The notes under the pieces were generated by a model. It worked only from the letters and a program-made list of their open reading frames with translations. It was not told the origin of the DNA and ran no database searches. A program made the position numbers and the translations under genes. Below, piece by piece: positions 33,061 through 47,188 of a stretch of 64,000 nt of DNA (positions are counted from its first letter, which is position 1; each line of letters opens with the position of its first letter). This DNA is from Lingula anatina (Eukaryota; Animalia; Brachiopoda). The stretch lies in contig CM120645.1 of the NCBI GenBank assembly GCA_051362555.1, positions 11,656,001 through 11,720,000 on the forward strand, given 5' to 3'.

Positions 33061-33933
33061 TGGAGATGGCCACCTTTATTGTACGTCCTTTATCGCATGG
33101 CGGTGGCGGTTTACGTGATCTACTGGCAAATGTACACGGCGGCCCACCAACCCTTGGTTCACCTCCCTTACCCATTCCCAACATGGCTGACGAACTGGTC
33201 CTACTTCCTGCTTTCCTGCCACGTGCTCCTGGCGGCTTTGATTTGCGTGATTCACAACATTGAAAACTACCGGCAGTGCTGCTCGAGGCAGCGGCGAGTC
33301 CCGGTGACACGGCAAGAAGAAGAGGCGCTGCTTTCAGGTGAGGAATCCGTGGCTTCTGGGGACGAGGGCGGTAGCAAGGGACGACTTGGTTGGCGCGAAC
33401 CAAGACGAGAGTCTGAATCGTCGGGATATAGCTCCGTAACTGGGATACGGGCCATTTCTATTCCATGGTACATGAAGCTGCATTGGTTGATTTTCACAGC
33501 TATAAGCAATTTCGCCATCATCGTAAGTGTGGTGTACTTTAGCTTTCTGTATCCACAGTTGGCAAAAGAGAACAATTTATCGTTTCCTCAGATGGAGGAT
33601 TTTCAGCTTCACGGGGTCAATTCCATTGTAATAATTCTCGACTTGATTATTGCTGCCTACCCTGTGCGACTGGTGCATTTCGTCTATGCTGAAATCTACG
33701 GACTTCTCTATGTGATATTCAGCGCAATCTATTGGGCCTTTGACCACAGCCGGGTGCTATACCCTGGGGTATTGGACTGGAATAAACCAGGGTCCACTAT
33801 GATTATGATATTGGTATTAGGATTGGTTGTTGTACCGTTGTTGCACACGATCTTCTACGGCATCCACAGGTTAAAGCTGAAAATTTGCCAGCAAGCTGCA
33901 ATGCCGCCCAGTGACCCCGAAGCGATATTCTAA
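33061..33933 (+). CDS. rost: Protein rolling stone-like, copy B terminal exon (290 aa); no separate first exon found
   Basis: Strong acceptor TTTTTTTCTTCGTTTCAG|TGG at the same phase-0 position as copy A. Same motifs: WLTNWSY, WYMKLHW, HGVN, YPVRLVH, YPGVLDWNKP. Confidence 0.85.
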   Translation, partial: WRWPPLLYVLYRMAVAVYVIYWQMYTAAHQPLVHLPYPFPTWLTNWSYFLLSCHVLLAALICVIHNIENYRQCCSRQRRVPVTRQEEEALLSGEESVASGDEGGSKGRLGWREPRRESESSGYSSVTGIRAISIPWYMKLHWLIFTAISNFAIIVSVVYFSFLYPQLAKENNLSFPQMEDFQLHGVNSIVIILDLIIAAYPVRLVHFVYAEIYGLLYVIFSAIYWAFDHSRVLYPGVLDWNKPGSTMIMILVLGLVVVPLLHTIFYGIHRLKLKICQQAAMPPSDPEAIF

Positions 33934-35877
33934 GCCTTCCCATGAAATGGAAACAGTTTTTTTCCCGCGGGGACAAAGATTTTATTGAATACGATGAGCA
34001 ATATCCAATGCAGGTACCTGTGAACAAACAAATGATTGTCACATTTCTATATGTTATCCTAGTATCTGAATGGCGATACTCGACATTATGTGAAAACGTG
34101 TTATATGATACTATTCCTTCAACTTACATACGTCTTACAGCGGGTAAGGCTATGTTTTAGTACATGGGCACATCCATACACGAGCGCACGCACCAGAAAA
34201 AGAGAAATTTTGCAAGGTAGCGTACCTGTTGCGTCGAAAGAGCGTCATGTTTGTAACTATGCATAATGTTTGAGAGCAATACTCGTTAAATCCTTCCATG
34301 TAATATGAAACCGTCTCTGCAACAGTTTTCATCGAATGAACTAGTTTAACTCGTAACAAATCTTTTTTTCCTTAGTAATGTGACAGAAAGTATTGAAATT
34401 ATATCAGCAAGAACTGTTATTGTTAAAACATTATTAAGATTACCCTCCCAGACTATTATATTGATTCAACCACTGGTACATAATGAGTTGACAATGATGT
34501 TAGTGCTGCAATCCGGAAAATTGCACCTTTATGTATGCTGATAGTTCAAAAGCCGTTTGTCCATTGTGAATGGACGTTTACCTATTTGCTGCAGATTTTT
34601 TAAAAAATTCATAACTTTGTTAGGAAAGCATATAGAGTGTACATTAGCAGCTTTCTCTTGGAAGCATTGATCATGATCATGTAGCAATACGTTTTTATAA
34701 AATATTAAATTGTTATGTTTTGATACTTTGATTACATTTAAAATGGATCGACTTTGATATTCTATTTCAATTTAAACATATACGTCTCTTTTTTGAGTGT
34801 ATATTTCGATATATTTATTGATTACACGCAAAGGAGGACGGGTTTTAAACTTCTACTCTATTTACTAAGTTATGCGAAGACGAACAATCAATATTAAATG
34901 TGAAAGTGACCACGTGATCCTATTGTTGATAATGCTAGACTTTTAAAAACTTACACGTCCAATAGACATACTTTTTATAAGTTATTTTTGGATGTTATTG
35001 GGTGAAATAAAAGAGGTGATTTGGGGAGCAGTCTGATGGTTTCTTTTAATCGAGACCAACTTACTCAAGAATACAACGAATTGAAGATGCGCATACATTC
35101 CTGTAAAACATCTCGAAAAATGCTGCAGTATGGCAGTTAAAACGAAAATGTATGAATAAATTTATTATCATTATTATTGTTGTTGTTACCATTATTATTT
35201 TCCTGATTTCTCCTCCTTTCCTGCTTGTATAGATGTAAAAAAAAAAAAATAGTCATAAAGGACCTTGTCAATTTTTAGCTTATTAGTTTTTATCCTTTTT
35301 ACTGTTCAAGGGAAGGAATAACTTGTTAACTACCTGGCAACGTTCACGAAAGACGCGTTCATTACTTCAATCAGGTCAAAAGGAAATAGTTTTAATAAAT
35401 ATAATATTTTAATTAATAGTGTCGATAAAAGTTTTATTTCTGCTTATATAAAGAACACGTATAAACTGCGTATTTTTTATCATTGCAACATCCCGGCCAT
35501 ATAAATGCAAAAATGCTAAAAAATAAAATAGATATAATTCTTTTATATATTCTTGCAGATATAATGTCATCGAAATAAACTTGGCTGCAAAATAATTTAC
35601 TTGTAGAAAAATATTGGAAGTCCAAAACAGAAAGATGTCAAGTTCATGTTTTTCTGTCCTTGTGAATTATGGTAAATTGCTGTGTATGCCTTTAGAAGTG
35701 TATGTCCACGTTTTTCATGTATTAAATGCTTGTTTTTTTATTCAGCTCTATTTGTCCGTAGCACTGAGTAATTATTAAAGTCTTATGCCTTGTGAAGTGT
35801 AAAAAGTAGATTTAATATTCGCGGTTTGTCCAGTCCGAAAATGTTTTTATTATTATTTTACGTGCGGTAGAGAAATG

Positions 35878-38800
35878 TTACTTGACTGGCGGCAGCACGA
35901 CGCATGCGCATCCTACTACCGGGGACGGCATGTCCTCTCCACGTGACCAGATCCCTGTCATGGTGTCAAAACACTCCACGGAAGACAAGGCCGAGCCTTC
36001 CAAGGTACTGATGCCACCCATCACGTATAGGCAGGAACCTGTAAAATAGGGGGAAATTAAAAATAGTAATGAAAACGGGGACTTTTTATGAAAATATCGA
36101 CACTTATGCCCTACCCACTGACGTACTGACATTGCCACCTTTGTTTGCCGTTGCAATTTTATGACATAAAAAGAATGCATTGGAATGATAAATTAGTTAA
36201 TAAATCTTGTGACAAAATAAGGCGTGCCATACATCAGAACCGCTTAAGCTAAATGTAATTAAGCGAGAAACCCCTCGTAAATGGGTCGATCCTCTTAGAT
36301 TGGTCTAGTTATGGGAATGGGGCCTGAAGGACACTCACCCAGAGCTGCGCTGCCAGCATTGTGCCTTGGTGAAGTCATCTCCGTCCTGGCTGTCCATTGG
36401 TCCCTCTTCTCGTGGTACTCCAGTATGGACCCCACGCTGCTGTATGTGCAGTCGCCATTAGCGTACGACGACACAGCGCCGCCGCTCAGGTAAAGTTTCC
36501 CGCCACATTCTGACAGGTTGGCATGGCAACGTGGCTCGGGTATTGGGTTTCGGCTGGACCATCTGAAGTCAAAAGCGTATTAACAATAACAGTGGAACTG
36601 TCTCTATGTTATAGTTAAAAGTAACAAGTGTATGATAAATTCTGAATAGCTTAAAAATTATTTGGATAATGTGCATGCACTTCCGAGATATGGGAAGTTG
36701 TGTCAAATTGTGGAAACATTTAGGCATGAGAGATATTCACTTTAAATGGTCTTGATTGTGAACTAAACTTAATCCAAAGAGGAGAACCCTTGAAATTGAA
36801 AAGAAAATGACATAAATATAGGAAGAAGCTGCTAGCCCTCCACCCTCACTCCCACCCCCACCCCCATTGCGGTCAGAGAATATCTTTACGTCACCTGTTC
36901 GTGTGCGGATCATAGCACTCCACCAGGTTCAAGATGGGTTCCCCGGATGTGCTGGTCCCACTGTCGGCATAGCCACCAACGATGTAAAGAAGCCCAGAGT
37001 GTGCGCACGCAGCAATGCCGATCCTTCCGGTGCTCAGTGGGGCGATGTACGACCACTGGTTGGTCACGTGGTTATATACTTCAACTGAGGCAAGGACTCT
37101 GAAACACGAAATAAATGAAGCTGTTGAAAGTATAAAAGTTACCACCACAGACAAGCAGTTACGTTACGACCGGTATAAGTGTTCCCTGCGGGCCATGCCT
37201 CAGAACGTCTTTATGGCTTATACCAAAATTTACCCGGGAACTGTACCTGACATCTTCCACGAATCAAAAATAATGATAACATAAAAGACGCTTGTTGCAC
37301 TTGTCAATTACAACACCACCAGTCTTAATTAACACAGATTACTTCAAAGTTACCAATGATATTGAGAAGTTCAGTAAGGCTACATGCACTCACATGTTGT
37401 TTAAACCCTCGCCGCCCACGGCGTAAACGAGGCCGGACACTACTGCCACCTTGTGGTGCATTCGGTTTTCATTCATGGACGTCACCTGGCTCCATTTGCG
37501 AGTCCTGGCGTTCACTTTGAACACAGTGGATTTGGGGACATAAATGCCGTGGCGACCATCTCGAGGATTGCAACCACCTAGGATGAGACAGAAACTTTTA
37601 AAAAGAGGAATACCTTGTGGAAAAAAAAGCATCATAATACATCATACCGTTATGTTTTGCATGATTGCATGTATGCAACATGGAGATAGATGATTTTTTT
37701 TTGTTTTGCCAAAGGATACTGCACGTTTTTAATTTTTTACTCTGAAAACCAAACTATTCCAGATGAACAGTGCAAATCCCATCTCGCTGCTACCTCAAAT
37801 TTTTATATTTACATGTATTTATCTAATTTGTTTTTATTTAAAAATGATTTATCTGGATTTCTACACGCAAAATAAAATTACCCCCCCCCCCCCCCCCCCC
37901 CCCCCCCCCGACATAGACATAGAGGCATTTCAAATAAAATATGTCTGCTTACCTACGATGTAGATGACTCCGTTCACAATGGCGACGGCGTGGTTTGTTC
38001 GTGGCTCTGGGAGGGCGGCCCACAGCTTCCAGGTGTTCAGTAAGGGGTTGTAACGCAGAATACTCGTACCTTGAAAAAATCGCGTAAAACCTTTAGTATT
38101 ATGTGTACTGTAATGAGAATTATCTGTGTCCTCATCAAATTTAAACAGACATTCGTATTGTTGTTTAAGATATTTGGTTGGTGTCTAGAATAATTTTATC
38201 TAAAAGAGACCTGTTTATCATCATAAGATGTGCATATTATGACGCTTACTTGGCGCGATCCCATCCTCGTCTCCAGGCATGCTAGCAGTTGAAAAGCCTC
38301 CTATGGCTAATATAGTGAAGGTCGACTGACAGGCTGTCTCTGACGAGATTGCTCTGGACGGCAGGAAACGAGGGTCAGTGGACTCAGGGACTTGTGGTGG
38401 AAGGTCCACCATGCAGGTCCTTGGAGTGTGAGTGGGCAGTGGGAAGGTGGACTCTCTGCCAAGGTTGACGCAGGTGCGATACCTTGAAAATACCAAGAAA
38501 ATTTTTTTCCAAGAAAATAACGGCTATTTTAGTATTTTACGCGTGTGAAAAATGCATTAGCGTTGACAATAGTTTCGACCGACAGTCATATTGAATTTTT
38601 GAGAATTTCATTTCTTTTTTTACAATCTCATAAATTCCTGTATTGACTGATATTGTATTCGTGTCCGTACTGTGCTTAAAATAATACGCACTATTTTTAA
38701 TCATAAAATATATTACATTTTTACATGAAAAATGCACCCAGCCACAATACCTAAATAGGAATTCACACCTTCGTTTTAACATCAACTCACCAGTTTGCCG

Positions 38801-40871
38801 CCAGAATTAAACTCTGACATCCATCGCTGGTCATGATTTGGCCACCCTCTTCCACGCACGTGACAAGGTCTTTTGATGTCATCAACATGAACCTGACGCA
38901 GCTCATGAGTTGTGCGGCGTAGCGCATGCGGTTTTCTTTGTCGTAGGTCAACCAGCGCATGGCGGCCCGGAAGACGTCCAGCTCAGTCAGCACCCTTAAA
39001 TCGTCGTCCTGCAGCATGCGGTGAAGCTTCTCCACGTCCAGAGTTGGAAAACCGGATGATGGGTAAATTTCCGGGAAGTGGGACAACACCACCTTGTAGG
39101 CTTTTTCATAGAAAACTTTCAGCTTGTTTCGGTCTGCGGTCTCCATGACGGCTATGGCTTTATCGGGCGGGAAGGAGCTGAAAAGATCCTGGCAGACGCT
39201 GAGAAGGGGCAAAATCTGCAGTTTTCGAGTAGCGACGTACATCTCACCGACATTATCGTAATTGATTCGAATCTCGGCCGTGTATATGAACTCCAGTATC
39301 TTCTGAAAGGCGGACGCGGTGATGTCTTCTAGTCTGATTTTCAGCGGGATGGTGTGCCTGCGGTTTTTCAGCAAAACTTCGGCGAAGTAATCGCTGTGGC
39401 AGGCAAGCGCGATGCAGTGGGCGCTGAAAGTGTAGTTTCCGACTGTGATGATGACGTCACAGAGCTGATCGTGCGTGTAGAGCGTTTTGAGGTACTGGCC
39501 CATCAGTGCGAAATGCACCATCCGCTCAGTGGCGGTGGGGTTTTCCGTGGCTCTGACTTTGTCCATGGCACCCTCTAAGGAGAAATTCCGCTTGACCTTG
39601 ATCGGTTTGTCAGTAATTTCGCCCGGCATAGTTGGGCGTAATCTGATTTCACCTGGAAAAATATTGAAAAGCAAACAAAAATTTAAAAGATACCCTTAAA
39701 ATGACTGATTCTTAAAGACCGTCATTTAATGTTCAGATCAATGCGTAGGCCTATTGCAGATTTTCAGATTATTATCAATATCACATTTTAAATATTGCAC
39801 GAAGCAAAGTAAGGCACACGACGCGATTTAACCATTCAGATTTTTTAAAATGATTTGTTTTCTGCATCATGTTTAGTTTGATTCAGTTTCGTTTACGGAT
39901 GAGCTCACCTTGGTTTGTTGCCTGATGTTCGTAGTTTGCAGAGCTTGGCAATCTGATAATGAAATAGAATTGCAAAACATAACAGGAACAACTGATTATA
40001 GAAATATTCTAAACATAACCTTCTACTCACACCTAATAAAAAAAAATATTGAATTCCAAATGATTGGCTTGAAATTTTTATCAAATATTGGCTGGAATTG
40101 GAGTAAATAAATTTGTATATTTTTTCGCATGTTTGCACGAAACAACAGCAAAATTTTCTTAAGCACTGCATTCTCATATTGTATAAAAAATCAGAAAATA
40201 TCATAATCTGCAGGCCGCTTGATGTTATTTCAGCGATTTGATTTTATAGTAAATTTCCACTTTTCATTTCATGTTAAAAAAGAAAATCAGACAGATAATT
40301 CTTATACAACGACTAAAGTGGTGTTCATTCTCATACAGAGATATTGAACTCCCCTATACATGCCATCTAGCCGCTTTCTGCACCACACTCAGGGCTCCTG
40401 TTATGAACCTTTGAAAGACGCGTTTACTTATGTCAAATACAAATCATACCGTTACAAAGACGGGCAGACAGAAAGTAACCCTAAACTCACTAAAAAATAA
40501 AGGGCATAAAGTAATGATAAAGGATTAGATACAACAACAATAATAATAATCAATAATAAAATACGACATAAATCAAGAAGATATATTGCCAATATTTACC
40601 TCACAGATCTCGCATCGCTGACATGGCTGGGCATTTCAGCATTTTGCCGAAGGATAGACGCTGAAGTTCGTTCAGAAAGTGGTCGGCGGTAGATAGGCGT
40701 GCGAGCAACTGTTTCTCCAGACACAGTTCGAACCACGGCGTTTCTTTCTTCTCCTGTCCTAAAATTTACTGTATCCGATCTCCGATTCCTTAATACACTT
40801 GGGCTAGTAGTTTGCGACATCTTGTGGTTGTATTCGCCCGGACTCTTCTCATTGTTTGCTCCGTGCTGCAT
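35878..40871 (-). CDS. Kelch-like protein (BTB-BACK-6 Kelch), 9 exons, ~766 aa
   Basis: Phase-consistent exons: 40871-40600, 39952-39909, 39652-38791, 38482-38250, 38069-37953, 37577-37394, 37098-36895, 36562-36339, 36038-35878 (2301 nt). BTB LCDVII..FSAHCIALACHSDYF; BACK ELDVFRAAMRWL..VRF; six GG..Y/F..W kelch repeats. Confidence 0.9.
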
Positions 40872-41029
40872 GGTCTTAGTTATTGTAGCAGAAGGCAAAA
40901 CTCAAAGAGAACGCTTTACGGTGAGAGCCATGATGCTCTCAGACATCTTTCTGTTTTGAACAAAAAACAAAAAATGGTATCCCTGACAATATATTTGTTT
41001 ATTTTTTGTTATTTTCTGACATCATAACA

Positions 41030-41185
41030 ACCAACGTCAATGACGTCTACTGAAAGCGTCACGAGCTGTTACTTCACGTCACGTGTAGGTCATATCAACA
41101 GTTTACGTTTACAACGTCATTTGAGTAAAATCGTGGCGATTGTGATTGTTGCGCTGCGCAACGCATTTCAACAAGGAGAGTAAGT
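41030..41185. promoter_or_regulatory. Probable bidirectional promoter with clustered CRE-like motifs
   Basis: Several ACGTCA/TGACGT half-sites and a TGCGCA site between divergent genes; GA|GTAAGT donor at ~41180 for a + strand 5'UTR exon. Confidence 0.45.
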
Positions 41186-42306
41186 GGCAATGGAGCGCAT
41201 TTCATTATTGTATTAGTTGAGACTTTTCAATCCCGAATCGAGCCGTCGATGAGAAACGTTAATGTAGTAATGATAATTCTGTTGTCATTTTCGGTTTACT
41301 GCACAACTTAAAACAGAAAATAAGTTTCTTTCTTTTTTATCTTTTCGAGTTGTTTTTACGGTCTGTCGTTTTGCCTTTGCTCCAAATCACTGGGGTCAGC
41401 AAAACGTTGAATAAATATTAAGAGTTATGAAGAAAAGAAAAAAAGGAAAAGTAAAATAAATAAAAACAAATCAAAACAAATCAAAAGCAAAATATTGCAT
41501 TTATATTACTGGATACGAAATATGTCACCATCATAACTATAGTTGTATAGGACATGATACGGAAGCAATTGTTGTATATAATGCATATAATCAATTGTAA
41601 CAATCCGCTTTATTTCGTCTCTACAATTCAATGTTAGGTTCCGAACATACAGTAAATCAGAACAAGATAAACACGGGGTTTCTATTGATTATCAATAAAA
41701 ACATCGTAACCCAATAAACAGTCTGTAGATTAATTAGGTTCGTTAAGTCATAATTGGGAAGAGATTAACCTGAAATAAGCAACGCTTTTATTCTAAACTC
41801 CTTGGTTACAAGACCATCATTGGTGGGCAGATTGATTAAGCTGCTAAAATATTCATTGTTGCAACTTCACCTGTGCGTCTATCGCTACTCATGTATATAT
41901 CGCTTTGTGCGTTCCCTTTTACAATCCATTTTAGTACATATTCTGATGGAGCATTTTCCATCTCTGCGAAAACTGTACGGATATTTAAACTCGCGGTTAT
42001 AAACTCTTCACTGCGGTCAAAGATCAAATTTACATAACGCGGAAATTATACCTGTTGTTCGGGCGTTTGAAAGATTATATTGCCCACTTAACTCGGTCTC
42101 AAATTAACCGTGCGTTGCCTTTGCCAGAGACGTGGTAACGCATACAGTGGAGACAGGAATGTTTCACCAACCCCCTCCTGGTCGCATTGAAACATGATTA
42201 CCTGTAGTGCGTCAATGAATTAACACACACAAAGGCGCTTAAGCTGTCGACACACATTGGCAAAAGACCGTCTTTGTTGAACGTAACTGAACCGTCCATA
42301 GAAAAC

Positions 42307-45300
42307 ATGTACACAGGAGCGCTCCGAGAACGTGTATCAACAAAAACGCCGGGACCTAGGCAAACAATTATTAAACGGGCCGGTGACGAAACACAAACAT
42401 ACCGCTACAATGAGGCAGAAATCACAATAGATTTCTCCAACAAGAAGGCAGATCGAGTTGCGGACAAGCTCAGCGCAGATTTGGTCCCCGTGGAGAACGG
42501 GGCTAGCCTGGCCCTCCGGAACGCTCGCTGCGTCAACCGTGGCGTCCAGCGTCGCATGATGACCCGCGTGAAGGGCATGATGAAGGCACTGGAGTACAAA
42601 ACAAATAAGGTGAGAAATGAAGACATAGTTGCTGGGTATTTTGTCTACTTGAGTTAACTGGAGAAGCAGTGCGATGTCATGACAGCGATCTGTTACAGCC
42701 GTCACATGACATTATACTGGTGGCGTATTTTCAATCCCGAGTTTCATAAATCCCGCTGTTGAATTTTTGCACTTATTGTCGTTCAAAATGTCGTTTTCCC
42801 AAACGACATTTGTTAAGAAATGTTGCATTATTGGGCGAGTAAAGATCATGCTATTCGTATAAATAAATTTGTTGCGAAATTGTTGTCATAGGATCAGTAT
42901 GTGTCTAAAGATATACCGGGTACCTGAAGCCCAGAAGCGCGTGCGTAATAACAAATTAATGTAGTTTAAAGTGGACAAAGGAGAGAAAAAAGCCCGTTAC
43001 CTTTTAACTGAGTTACTCAGAGTTCATGGCCATTTAAATCACAGTCATGTATTTGTTCGATTCTCAAAGACCTTCAAAGGCCTTCAAAGAAAAGGTCATA
43101 TAGCATTGTTTTAGGGGGTTCAGCAAATGGAAATTACACAAATTTGAATACATAGGGTTTGTAAAAGGGCGATGAAAGTTTTATGGACCAAAGAATTAGT
43201 TTGGAATATGTTTCAACGCTAATAGCTGTGTTATAGTAAATCATTGCGTAGGAAAACGTTATTTATTAGAAAAAAAAACTGTTGAAACGTGTCACTGGAT
43301 CAAGTTCTGATTTACGTTATATGATATCAGTATTATTACTACATAATATTGATTAAGTATATCATTTGCTTTAAAATATTTCTTTCATTGTAAATATATC
43401 TCATAGGTCTACATAATTTGCCTCCGACATTTATTTACCTATTTTCACAACGTCTCGTTTAAGATTTCGACGAATTTATAGGGGCATATCTGAAGTGAGT
43501 GTTAAGAAAGCTTAGATGTTTTAACATTAAAATGCAACTAAGAGCATTTTTGCGAATTTACACAATAAGGATGTTAGATTGTTTGCTCAGACTGCTGTCG
43601 CCACATATTATCAAGAAGGAGAAGCAATAAAATATGAGAGCCATATAACTCAGCTGAAGAATCCATAAATTCGGGTATAACCTCTTCACTATCTTCAACA
43701 ATCCTGCTACAAAATTTATTATCTGTACTAAAGCTGTACCCTCTACCAGGACCACAGATTGATTTTTCACTATATATTCACAGGTATGTCTCTGGTTAAA
43801 TGATGGATCTTTTCTTCAGTGAAAAAGTGCACATAATAAAATCTGCGGCCCTGGTTGAAGGTAGTAAATCTGTACAACAAACATACATACATACACCGAG
43901 CAAAAAAAAAAAAAAAAAATATGGTGAACGATCTATGGAACATGTACGGGACTACGTACAGTAAACTGTACATGTAGTTACGGACAGTACGGATAGTAGC
44001 TTGTAGCACACCGAATAGTAAAATTCACTGTTTACGATTTAAGGTATAAATAACCCATAAAGCTGATAATTTTTTTTTGAAGTAATGCGTAGGGCGTTTA
44101 TATTTTTGTGTGGTGTGTATGTGTTGAAATACGATCCCAAAGAAGGGTTCAGTGCTGATACATATTGGGTTTGTGTTTTTGTAACCAGACTCCGTCATTT
44201 ATGCGGCAACACTGCCCAAATTATGCACGGTTAACCGCAAGGAATTTATCGGAATGTTGCATGTTGTTTTTGTTATTTTTGTAGCGTCCAACTCTGCAAA
44301 ATCTGCTCGGGTTACATAACATATATGTTCAAATGTTCAACTTTCAAAAAAAGGAAGAAAACCCAATGTTTTTACGCGATTGTGTGCCCTGTTCGAATAG
44401 AAATAAATTTTGCAACGCTGCAGCAAAATAACTACTTAAAAATGAAGAATTTCCAGCATTAGAATTTCATCTTAAACAAAAGCAAAAGAATAAGGCAAAT
44501 CTTATCGTTTTGAATAAGCGCTTTATACCCATTTAAAAACAAAAGACGACATCCAAAGAAAAAACATCCAATTTTTGACTCTTTTTTATATCATTTCAGA
44601 TTGAGAGTGAACAGAAGGATCTTTTGGAAGACTTCCTCACTAAGTACCCTCAGATGGAGAAGCGAGTGGCGTTCATGTTCCGGGACAAGTCCGGGACGAT
44701 GCGACGACTTGGTCTCCCTCGGGGTCTTACTCGGGACAAACTTGTCTACGTTCGGAATCTCGGCACGAAAGATTCCCCCGAAAAAGAACCGGTTCCCCTC
44801 GAATACGAGCTTGTATATACTAAGACAAAAAAGGACAAGGTACGAGAAGCGCAAGTAAGTTCGGATAAAGAAATTAAACCATTCTTGCCCGCTGTGAAAA
44901 ATGGAAACAATCAAATGTTTACTGGGAACGGTGCTTTACAAGGCGGTAGTGCCTCCCATCCTGTTAAGACTACAAAGAAGTCTCGGAAAAAACAAACATC
45001 GCCAGACCTGACTTTAGTTTCGAAATCCCTTCCGTCCATCCCCGAAGAGAAAGGAGCCCAGGGGAAAGACGACTCATGTAAAAACACATCACAGTCTGCT
45101 GATGACAGTGAAGTTAACACCAGGGAGCTACAAATGAAACGCGTTGTGCCAGCTTTTAAAGTAAGCAACTTTGTCTTAACGGATTTCGGATTCCACCCAC
45201 CACGAACGGATCCTTACATCCACCCCAATTTCAAAAGTAAAGAAGACGTTGAACGAGAAATCGAGCACGCGGCCCAACGTCATATATACGCCAGTCAAAT

Positions 45301-45586
45301 ACCTAGTCAAAGCTATCGTGGCGGGAAAACAGAACGGAACGTTAACAGTCTACGCAAAACCATCACCGGCAGAGTAGCGACGCTGGATCCCGCTTTGGGA
45401 TCGGGTTTAGCGGGTTATGGTCAAAATTCAAACCCGGTGAAACTGACTGTCCCGAACAACCAATACTTGATGAAGAAAACGAAACCGAAACCGCTCCCGC
45501 CCATAGAAAGTAAGCGACACGGTGCCGTGATGTTTCAGTTAGGATCCAGTAAGGCTGCACATATGGAGGGGTTTAAACTGCTGTGA
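42307..45586 (+). CDS. Uncharacterised basic protein, 2 coding exons (42307-42609 and 44600-45586), ~429 aa
   Basis: ATG at 42307; AAG|GTGAGA donor joins in phase 0 to TTTCAG|ATT; long open second exon. Short predicted coiled coil across the junction, otherwise K/P/S-rich with an LPPI motif. Confidence 0.75.
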
Positions 45587-46310
45587 TTTGCTTGCCACGG
45601 CTCATTCCTGAGCTATACATGTATTTCTACGTCAGCAAGGATTAAATGGTTGTAATAGTTCATTCCTAGAATTAGTGTCAAACCTTTTGCGTGATAGTTA
45701 ATGTCGGTCAAGAAGAAGACCTGCTATGTGATTTTGAAAATGCTTTTGGCCTTCGCCAAGAAATCCAACATTAATTCACTGTAGTGCAATAGAATATATA
45801 TAGTGTAACTTATATATACACAGACTAGTTGCCATATGACACTATGCACTCTAAGCACGTCAATTAATTGTTAAAGCACAAAAGCTATTCATACAGTCGT
45901 TATTTCTTTTTTTTAAACTTATATCGTAATTTGATCATGGCGCGTTGTCCTTTAATTATTGGAATACTTTTTTGAGAAACTTACACGTAATGGAGTTAGC
46001 TGGGCATTTACAGCTGCTGGAAAAAGTCTTTAAAGTTACTTTGGTTTATGGCATAAAGCTATATGTGAAAGCTTAAAGTAAGTTTTATTTATAAAGAAAC
46101 CTTGAAAAATTGAGAGGATTTGCCACGAACAAGTATGCGGTCAAATGAACCTAGTGGCTGAAATCAAGCGGGTAAATACAGTGTTTTGACATCCTTGTTG
46201 CTATGGTAATATTAGGATAATCTTATGCACGGGCCCACGTGGAAACCTCTTGCCAATAAAACAATATTGATTTGCATTTGTTACTCGTAGTTGCGTGTAT
46301 AATGTAATTG

Positions 46311-46315
<5 letters not shown>

Positions 46316-46342
<27 letters not shown>
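46316..46342. repeat. (CT)n microsatellite
   Basis: Direct reading. Confidence 0.9.
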
Positions 46343-47130
46343 ATACTCACACTTACACATTTTTCTTGTGAAATTAATCGCTCTGTTTGTACCACAGTAC
46401 AGGAGAGGACCCAAGTAAACTTGGACTTTGCTTGTTTTGAACTTTTGGCCTGCTTATTTTTTATACACAGGTAAGCGTTCGAAAAATATTTTGAGGTATA
46501 AAATAGGTCAGTGTGTTTTCATCTTAGCTCCCCTTAGCTCGCGCATAGCAACAGGAGGTCATATCCAAAGAAAAAACCAAACAAATAATTTAACTGTCGA
46601 GAAAAAAGTCATCTAAATATTTGCGCTGTCTGAAAAACGCCATTAGACTCTTTTGCGTTCGGCCTTTTATTATCCGCCAATTGTCAAGAAGGCGCGAGCA
46701 AACAAACGTGTTGATGTTAGCCTGTTTGTGTGGTAAAGATTCCTTCTTTTCCTGTTGAGATAACTCTATGTAAACAAACCCCGTGCTGTATCGATTGCAA
46801 TAGAGTAAACATGTTGAGCAGATGTCATAAATGTATCACTTTGTACGGGAAATGTGTGGTCTTCACCTTACCCTCTACCAGGGCCACAGATTGGTTTTTC
46901 ACTTGATATTCACAGGTATGTCTCTGGTTAAATATACGGTTATAATCTGCACTGCGAGCGTCAGAGAATATGTCCACATAATAAAAGCTGCGGCCCTGGT
47001 AGAGCGTATCTTCACCTCAGGTTGGGGCTCAAGAATTTTTAAAAATTCATAGACAGCAAAATGAGTAAAATCTTCAGTCATTTTCCATGCCAATGAAGAA
47101 AAGAACGATTAAACATGGGAACCAATTTTA

Positions 47131-47133
47131 TAA

Positions 47134-47168
<35 letters not shown>

Positions 47169-47188
47169 ATAGATAGATAAATAAATAA
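47131..47188. repeat. (TAAA)n microsatellite
   Basis: Direct reading. Confidence 0.9.
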
